A DNA stretch of 64,000 nt. Source: Ophelia neglecta. Taxonomy: Eukaryota. How positions within the stretch are numbered: the first letter of the stretch is position 1; every line of letters begins with the position of its first letter. Made by a program: the position numbers and the translations under genes. The stretch covers positions 60,636,001 through 60,700,000 of the forward strand of contig OZ260661.1 of assembly GCA_965285935.1 (NCBI GenBank), given 5' to 3'. This document shows, one piece after another, positions 54,493-64,000 of this stretch. The notes below the pieces were generated by a model, which saw only the letters and a list, made by a program, of their open reading frames with translations, made no database searches and had not been told where the DNA came from.

Positions 54493-57400
54493 TTATCTAC
54501 AAATATGCCTTGCCAGACGATATAAATAAGCTAGCGTGTCAGGCCATACACCACGAGGGAGTAGGGCCGTTGAGAAAGGGGGGACAGTTTCAAACCGTGT
54601 TGGTATTGTCGCCTGCATCAAATGATCCAAGTGTACAAAACACCCGTTAAACAAACGAAGCCTAGATCTCGTCCCTGCCCCCCGACCTTCACACCAGCTG
54701 ATATAAATGACCCCGAGCGACACTTCACATCACACATCAAGCTTAAAACCTGATATGCCGTATCAGTATAATTATAAAGGGCTTGCTTTTTTTCCATAAC
54801 AAACCAGTTTCAAACTCCGCCAACTTCTGATGTGATGTTTGAACTTGCGCCTGCGGCTGAGTGGCACAGACTCGAAATCGGAAATTGTTAGTGGCAGTGC
54901 CGCTTATTATAACACATCTAAAATCTTTGTCAAAAGTCACAAGGATTTAACTAGGGCAGATGAGAGTTAGCGTAAGTAGCCCCCAGCGAAATGTACACTT
55001 CTACAATATCCGAAACTAAAAGCGCACGTGCTGTCTGTACTGAAGAATATGTGTCAGATGCACATTCCGCAAGAAACTAGAGCATAAGCAAGTTAATCTC
55101 AAGGTGAATACCATATGAAAAATTCCAAAATCCATGGCCAACTCTTTCCCCCAGCCAAGAGTATGCATGCAAGCATTTTTTGCTGCACAAACGATGAAGG
55201 GAAGTTGGCATATAGACAGATTTTAGAGAAGGCATTTTTTCTTATTACGAATTCCATAGACGCCGTGGTATGTCACCTTGAGACAAGATCATCTACCGTG
55301 GCCTTTTCATGAGAAAATGATATATCAGAGTTTACCAAAACCTTCTGAAATAAAGACTACTTATACCTATGTCTTCTATAATCCGTGAAAGAGGAAAACC
55401 TCCCACTGCCTAGCCCTCGGTTGTGCGACTAGTTACAAAATTAACTTCGCCCCTTACCCGGCCCATACGAATACTTTATATTCAGTCGGTTGCGTCCAAA
55501 ACCAATAAAACTTGCAAAGTTCGTGCCCAATTTATGTGCTAGACAACGTCGCTGTGTATCTCAAGCCCTTAAAGATTGACTTTAATTGCAACTGATAGTT
55601 TTTTATAACCAAGCCGATGATAGTGTGTAACTTTATACTTTGTACACTATGGACTGGTACTGTGGCAAAATATGATCAGTAGCATGTAGTGTGTGTGGTT
55701 GTTGACTCATGTCGAGCCGTCTGCGCCACACTTCAGCACTGTAGTGGAACTTCGTACCGCAGTTCAGTGCTCTGTGTCTTTTCAGAGGGAGATAAAGCCT
55801 GCCAGACTGTAGAGAGTTACACTTTGCTGCCGGCAGAATGTCATTTGTTGGACCTCTGACCTACATGGAGAAGGCAACAGTCACGGACGAGGCACGTGAG
55901 AAATGTTGAGATCGAAAACATGTTATTTCCAAAAATCCTTCCATGTGATTTATTTCGTAAACCTTGGAAGCTAATATGCTGCACTTGGCGTCAATTTTCT
56001 CCTACTTAGATGTTATACTACTACCGGTACCTGCAGTCGGTACGCATACTTCAGTCCATCATCCAATATAAGTCACCTGGTGGGGGGGGGGGGGGGGTAA
56101 AGAATCGTGCCTTTGTGCGTATATGCGAGGGGGGGGGGCTACTAAGACCCACAAATACTTTGTTTTCCCTCCCACAAAAGTGGCACATTTAAAAGATACA
56201 ATTAAAAGCGTTCCGCACACACTGTCTAGCGGATTCTGTAGACAGAGATGTGCAACTTGTAAAAGGGTTACGCTGACATGTAAACAGGAGGAATACCATG
56301 ACCTCTAGATAACCACGTGACTAAGCGACCACTGGTTGCCATGACTACCTTGATGCTGTGAACGCCATATCGGTGTGATCCGAGATAATCCTAGCCGGGC
56401 AATGAGGTCTACGATAATGGTCGTTAGGGCGGCCATTTGGTATTTGTACTGCCGCCCCTGCCATGACCCCCGGTCAACCCCGGCCTAGTACGGCTCGTTA
56501 ACCGGCCGGTAACATGGCCGGGAGCTTGTTATAGTGTCATTACTAACAACTGATATGGTCACTTTAAACATCATTAGAAATAGTTTGGGATTGTTGGAGC
56601 ACAAGTTGTTGTTAGATGCGGCCCAAATTCAATATTTATTGATGCGTCCACAGGTAGGGGAAGCTGACCCTCGTGAAGCGAGCGCTGTTTGTTTTATTAA
56701 CCGCTCGTATAATACAGAAGGATTCTCTTGTTAATAAACAGTAAAATCGGCAGCTAAAAAGCACACAGGTTGATCGAGAGGAAACCCACAATATTTGTAA
56801 CAATCTAGGGTCATCGACAGGGCAGACGAGATAACCGCCGATATCTACTGATATCTCAGATACATCGACCTGTGTTATAGATAACGGGGTAGTGTGAGAG
56901 GCTGATGAGAGCAGACGACAGTTGTTGTTGTTCACTTTATTTCCTGCGTGTTTGAAGATTACAGCGAAATAGATATCCATAAAACAGGTCAATTTTTAAG
57001 TGCAGAACACGCCGGTGTAGACAGAATATTTGATAATAGTCATAACCGTACATGTGTTTCTAATAATCAATAAAAATATTTTAAAAACACAACCATAAAT
57101 CAAATCAAAATTTCACCGGGCACTCTGTCTTGCTGAGCACGGTGCGGGTACAAGGGTTAAAATCGAGGCAAACAAAATGGCGAGGATGCCCATGTGTTCG
57201 CATCGAGGTGAGGCTTAGGCTGTAGTAAACTCCTATGATGCAAGTCAGACAGCGTGTCCTGACTTAGTGTACGCTTGTACACCTACAAAAAGAGAGACTA
57301 ATCAAAAATGACATGTACTTCTACAGACTGATCATCCCTGCCTCTGTTTTTTACTACCCATACCTTATGTTAGGCACTCAGTGTTCACTATGCGTTACGC

Positions 57401-59459
57401 TGTTCACTGTCCAAACGTGCTAAAAGTCATTAATGGGACTTATCAAATTTGGGTCAATGCCCGTTGGATATTCGTCACGGCAACATTCCACGATTAATAC
57501 TCTCGTATTTTTCTCTTGTTACTCTTACAGCGATAATTGCCATATGCATGTCCTACATTATACATCATGTGCTATGTATATAAAACACTGGCAAGTCACT
57601 GTGACATAGCCTAAAGTGTTCCATAAATTACTAACATGTACATCAGCACTTCAAACATTATCTCCGAATGCAACAGGCCATTTTATTACATCAATCTAAA
57701 TATTTAGGTTACTGAATTCTTCTTTGCCTTACAATGACTCCACGGTTCAAAATATCTCCACCATGTGGATTGATAACTTATTGTATGTCTTAGCATCGTG
57801 TCTAATTGTGAGCATCGTGATCATATGGACCTCATATAGGCTACAATTAGTAAGTCACGTGCAAGGAACTCACTGGTGATCTTGAATGTGACCTTGACCC
57901 ATTTTCAGTGTCATTTTGAGAACAGTCTTCTGATTTCCATACCCATGGAGAAATATGCCAGTGCATTTTAGCACGTTGTCCATGGACAACTGCAGTACAA
58001 ACTGTGCCGAATATCATAAAATATGAGAAATTTGTTGCGAATATCACATTCATCATATATGTATGTTATTAATATACATCCGAACATTGGTTTGACAGAG
58101 GTGGATTCTTTAAATACAATCTTCTTAAGTGTACTAACTTTACAAAGTTTAGGACAGTGGTAAGAGTCTCTGATTCTCCTGTCCACGTGTCTTCATGCGC
58201 ATGCTCATTAACAATTATGTTGAATATGAACGTAACAGGTCATAGGTCATCATGCTTTCCTTTCATAACATATGTTGGAATGTCATCCAGGAAGATCTGG
58301 GTCAATATAATCGAAAGTAATGCCTGATATTAGCCTAATCATATATATTTCAATATTTCTTGTGAAGAATCTAGTATCTTTCTCATTTTTACATTAGTAT
58401 TTGCAGCTTTATCAAGAATGATTAATCAACTTCGCAGCTTGTCCCATATTCGACTTAGGAATTCGTAGGTTTCATAGCGAATTGCAAAAATAAGCAGTCT
58501 CTTAAGCTTGTAGCGATGAACAAACATAATAGTTCATTAGGTATCACCACACAATATAATTGGGCATAATGCCAAACATACATATTACTTCAATCCAAAA
58601 AGCTTTAAAATATATTTTAAGCAATACTTCATTTTTGCTTATAATTTCGTTCGCTGCATTGTCCTTAAGGAGACCCCATGCACTGTTTTTTTTAATGATG
58701 ACGAAATTTCAGTTATTTCCCGTTTTCACACAGGATTGCTATAAAGAGGATATATATATATATAATAAATAGATCTATGCCATTTGGTAGACTACTCACT
58801 TCTTAAGTTGGACTGGTGTGCCACGGAGACAGGTTTAACTTCCCTATTCGTGAATTAAGAGACAGCTTTATCGAGACAAGAATCAGGAGCCTCAACTGTG
58901 CACAACTCTTGTCACTTACGAAGTGCCCAAAATTAAACATTATTTTTTGAATGAATTACAGTTTAGCAAGATAATGTCATTTGTTTAGGGTATTCTCTGC
59001 TAGTATAGTGATAACCAGACCATGCCCAAACACTGAACAGATAAAGACAGAATACAAGCATTTTCAGTTTTTTGCCGCATGTGCCATACACGCAGAGTAA
59101 TGTCGGTTTATAGTTGTTATGCAAATAATTATTTTGAGATTCCTATCCTAGTTTTTACAGGACGGGCCCATGTGATATGGATTTGTCATATCGACTACAT
59201 AGAAATCGTTTTAATTTGATCATGAACGTGGTTTGCACTAGCTTGTTTGTATATGGGAAATTGACAAAATAGTAGAACACCAAAACTTTCTAAAAACAAA
59301 TATGATTACTTTCTTTTAGATGCGAGTTTTAGTAGCCACCAGCTGTGAGAATTGCCTTGTTCAATCGATGTATAGAGGTAGTCTTCCACCAACAAAGAGG
59401 CCTAAATAATATATAGATTCTGTATTGTCTGAACACAATTTTTACGATGTCAACATCGT

Positions 59460-59591
59460 ATAAGCCCTGCAACCATATTCCAGTTGTAAACACTGTATTA
59501 CTTTATAAGCCCTGCAAACATATTCCACTATAGCCCTACAACTATATTGGCCCTCGTCTGAAGGCTCGAGCCAATATGACTTTGTAGGGCT
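59460..59591. repeat. Short tandem-duplicated and palindromic repeat element (MITE/helitron-like remnant)
   Basis: Three copies of AGCCCTRCAANNATATT start at ~59460, 59505 and 59531. The third opens a hairpin AGCCCTACA..ATATTGG / CCAATAT..TGTAGGGCT (59532-59591). Confidence 0.6.
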
Positions 59592-62500
59592 TAAACTCAG
59601 GCCAATTTCCAACTGACTAACTAATTCGGAGAAGATGAATATTGAAGTTAGTGCCGATAGGATACTGCGAATGGTTCATGGTAAAATATAGGTCCTAATG
59701 TACGATCATGTACAGATCCAAGGTCGAGAAATATATGAATAATGCAAGCCTTAGTGGAATAAAGTTGTACAAAATTAACAAGAGCATTGCCCTTTGTGTA
59801 ACATCATTATGATATATAGGGGAGTTGCAAGCCTCGCGTCTCGAAGTCCCAAGGACGTAAGGTCAATGTTTTATCGTACTGGGGAAGATGTCATCTGCCT
59901 TTATGTCCTTACTGATAACCTTCTGTGACTTTAAACACATGTTGTATCTTGTTAACATGGATGCGTGCCATATAGGATAATGAGGCACTGCAGCCGATAG
60001 CTTCATTATTAACCTGAACAGGTGTTTCAAACAAGTTTAAGGTCTTAACGGTGTTTATTTCCTGATTGGAGCAGACGTCTTAGTATAGTATGAAAGGGCC
60101 ACGCGGGAAAGCGCGTACATATAAATGTTGTTTGCACAATTATTGAAAACAACTAGCCTGAAAACACACTGAAAAATATCAATGCACTTCCGACATATTT
60201 GGTAAACGTAAAATGGCAAATGGGACTTAAAAAGTTTATTAGCTTTTTGAGCGTCATTCAAATACTAAATGGGTGATCTATCACTCCGACAGGTCCTGCG
60301 TATCGGCTTGAAAAAGCAACAAATTTCTGCTCATCGCGATGACGTTCAGCCTGCAGTAAATGGTAGCGACTACCAAAGTCGTCTGGCGATTGGCTTAAAA
60401 TGTAAGGCAGACGACACACTATAGCCGTGCGCAGTGAGGGGTGAAACGATACGAGGGCTCTCATTACCGATACAAGATGGGTCGGCCAGGAGAGGCATTC
60501 AAGCCCAAATCACATTTCCCCTTTAATTAACCCAAGTTTAAACACGCTAGCCGAACAAAAGGTTTCAAGAAAACCTTATGCGAATTAGAGAATTGCAACT
60601 TTCCCTGACCAATTATAGTTTAACAACGACAATAATGTGGGGAACGAGGACCTCCAAAGGTGGCGGATGAATTCGACCAAACGCCATATGTGTTGCGCCA
60701 CATAATATTTTATTCCACTCCATGCTTACAACGGATTATTCCGCCCTCCACGGAGGGACATATAGATTATTTGAGCAGTGGATGGGTTAGCTTACTGCGC
60801 CATTAAATAACACATGAATGTATACTAAAACTATCCTTGCATCGGCAATAGGTCTATCCATATATAGGCTTTGGCGAGATAAATTCGGGACATCATTAAA
60901 CATACACTTTCAAAGAATAAATAACCAAACCTGCATTATATTCTTAAATGGGATTTGTACACCTGTCACATTGGTGTGCTTAGATAACCAGGATCAATTT
61001 TTGATTAATCTAGCATTCTTGAAAAGGTCACATTGAGGGAAAGGCTGGAGGCTTGCTAATTGCGCACATTGCGCAATAACAAATGAATGTTTACTAAAAT
61101 GCCATCCCACTATACATATGTCTATCTAGAGCTAGTATTCTGACTATGACACTCGACATTAAACAGGTTTCGTCCCCTGATAACAGGCCTGGCTGTTTGT
61201 ACCTATTATTGTTATACATTATGTAACACATGCAGCTGTGTCAGGCACGGAGTGCTGTGTAGCAGACGTACTTGATTAGAAACTCACCCGTTGGCTAAAA
61301 AGATAACCCTAGATTATGTTTCACGTGTTTATTACTCGGCTTCTATGCCACCATAGTTGGCATGGCCTCTCATCCGACTCAAGGCAATGGCGTCTCCATG
61401 ATAACATTATAGGCCCATGTGTTCTTTGTCGTCACCCTACCCTCTCTTGTTCTTTCCTTTATCCAAACTTTGTCTTAACTACCGATTATATGTGATCAAA
61501 TTCTGTTAATTTCACCCGAACTAACCTATTGCAAATCATGAACGTATATCATATACGAGAATTGTTCAGCTCAGGCAACAATTACCATGAAGATAATAAT
61601 AAGAAGTAAGTGGACAGGAATGGGTGACATTCTTGAGAGGTTGTATGTGTAACATGGCACATTTGGCAAGAAGATTATTAACGGTTTCCTGCGCTACCAA
61701 GGATATCTTCTACGCCAAATAAGCGGCAGCTGTATCAACTTAAAGAACCGGAGAAGAGTTTGACCCGAGTCCTTCTTCTATTGCCAGAGTGATCGATCAT
61801 GTGCACTTGCGGGCTGGTTCTCTTGTGGATTTGGGATCATCTGAGATGTGATAGGTTTAGCCTTCCCCAATCTCCCTCAATGCTAAGCTTTGGCTGGACA
61901 GCATCGGGTCCTTCTTAGGGTAATAAATCATGCGGCCCTTCAGGAGCTGTCAGTCCAATTTATACAGGGTTCTGGGCACAAACAACCTCCAAGGATTCAC
62001 TAATCACATGCAAATGAGTGAGCATTAATGCACCCTCCATTTTCTAGATCTTCACATCTCTGAAAACATGGGATGTAGCCTATAAACCTAAATGGCTAAA
62101 TTTGAGAAAGACGTAATTTAAAGTTTATGGTGGAGAGTTCTGGGATACAATATTGCTAACTAAATATAATGCATTAAATTTCTCTCTTTTTCTATCTCAT
62201 CACATTCCACGCGAAAATAAATGCACACTTTAATAGGTGCCCTGGTTAACTTGGTTTAACACAAGCTATAGGCAAGCTTATCGCCTGGACATTACAAGCT
62301 CCACCCAGCACACGCATGTCACGTGGTTAAGTGACGTGTGTATATCTAGGGCCTTGGCCCATATATTTGCATGATCCTATAAACTCGCGCGAAAGCAAAA
62401 TTTAATTGTTTTTCGAGCATCATATATTAACAAGTATTACAAGTTTAAGCATGAGGAGATTGAGCAGGTGCTGATAAAACAACATAATTTAGCAGGATCT

Positions 62501-64000
62501 ATTTTTTTGCTATTTATTTGTCTAATTACTCGCATGAAAGTAGATCAGTCTGGTTGCGCAAAAACGCCGAAAATATAGGCCAAATATAAGTTAATAAATA
62601 AAGATGTTTATGGTGAATTATAAGTTGTATGGAGATATGGTTGTTTCTTAAATCTTTCTTTAGTTCTTTGATGTTACAATAACCTTTCAGTTGATAATTC
62701 GAGCTTATAATATAGTAACCCGCCTGAAAGTTTGGAGAATGTATCAGAATGTAATACGTTCACTTTTCTCTTTCATTGATGATGCTGACCAAATGTGGTT
62801 CTTTATGACACATTAATGAAAACATGACTTTGGGCAAAGTGCTACACTTTGTCCGTTTCGGACAATTTTTCTTACGTTCAGGTCACACCCGATTGGCAAC
62901 ATGGAACTATGGCTACCCAAATCATAAAGGCGGATCTTTTAAATTTCCACCAGTAATATAAACTTTACCGCTTGTCGTTTAAAATTCAGGTTCCTTCGAG
63001 TAGTTATAGTCAGGTGTGACCACAGAATATGCAAATGTTTCACAAACATGGCATCATTTATTTCATGTCTTTAACAGAAAAATAGAAGAAACCATTCTGC
63101 CGTGTTACAGAATTTTGACATGACTTTGAAATATTACCTTATTGGTGCATAACCAGTCGACAAGTAGCTGAGCGCACATTTCAATTGAATTAACCGAGTG
63201 TGCAACATTGTCTAACTTTCCTCATAAAAGAGATATCATAAGCTGATTACACGGTCCAAGTCGATTGACAGCAGATAGAGCTAAGTGAGATCAAGTGAAA
63301 TAGTTTTGAAATACTTCAATGTGCCATTTATCTTGGTGAATAGAATGTATTCCAATCAAAGAGAAATAAAAATCAATCCCAGTAAATTTCAATAGCAATT
63401 TAATTCTCAGGGTGGTATAATTCAAAGGAAAACATATTAATGCATACTTTTCGTCAAAATATGACAGAAGGATTTTCACAAGCCGATTTAATTATTTGTC
63501 TCACTTAGCAACCCAGGAGCCCGCAATGAGAGTTTGTGTTCCATAGAGAATGCGTATATAATTTGGGACTTTTACTGTTTGCTATGCAATGCTTAGCACC
63601 TGTTTTTCCCTCATGGGCAAATACCATCATCACCTTCATTCTTCAACGCAAGCCTACTGTTACAAAAACCTGTATTTGTAACTAACGTAAAAAAAACGTT
63701 GGCCTGTTTTATGGCTGTGTATCACGTAGTTGATGTAAGGGCGGAGGAGTGGGTGTTCGGGGGTTCGGGTGGGCCGTTGGGGTGCGTGTATGTGGGGGTG
63801 GGGGAGACTAAACATGGACAGGAGGAAGGAGAACAAGTTTGATACAATTGACATTGACTGTAGTTTATTAAAGCATAAGGTTTTAGCTTTGACCATAGGA
63901 GAGTCATCGAGCGAAAAATACAACACGGACCCAAGCATCCGAACAAATATCTTTCTAAATTTTTGTTTTTGTGTTTCTCCATAAAAAGAAAGACAGATAA

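Noticed and set aside
56080-56140. Poly-G runs (also the T/G run near 19506-19528 and the A run near 15697-15717)
   Set aside because: These are simple homopolymers or a decayed repeat end, with no supportable function.
1-64000. Prokaryotic-type systems (CRISPR arrays, operons, rRNA/tRNA genes)
   Set aside because: No regularly spaced repeat-spacer array, long ORFs or structural RNA signatures were seen. The sequence is metazoan Hox-cluster DNA.

Overview
This is AT-rich, almost entirely non-coding animal genomic DNA from inside a Hox cluster, read on the minus strand. It holds one protein-coding gene: a two-exon Hox4/Deformed orthologue. Its exon 1 CDS is 27955-27550, its 770-bp phase-1 GT-AG intron is 27549-26780 and its exon 2 CDS is 26779-26427, giving 252 aa. 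About 22 kb upstream, on the same strand, lies the miR-10 hairpin at its canonical Hox4-Hox5 position. The homeodomain flanks ([14 protein letters not shown]...KEHKLPNTK) look spiralian/lophotrochozoan, but I cannot name the species. No Hox3 or Hox5 exon and no intact transposon ORF is visible. The other ORF-track entries look like chance ORFs. I found no new protein-coding system. The most interesting signals are cis-regulatory: (1) a vertebrate-like Hox4 start/promoter module (AAATTAATG start context; CCAAT, E-box and YY1 motifs) with a uORF; (2) a same-strand array of nuclear-receptor half-sites containing a perfect DR5 (RARE-type) 3' of Hox4; (3) CTCF-like motifs that switch orientation between Hox4 and miR-10; (4) a Cdx/Hox-site cluster and Hox4-Pbx-type sites 6-7 kb upstream; (5) an orphan GC/CCAAT/TATA promoter between Hox4 and the expected Hox3; (6) a duplicated 64-bp cassette that follows each of two AATAAA signals downstream of Hox4. 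All motif calls were read by eye and are hypotheses. Comparisons with other species are from memory, not from a database search.
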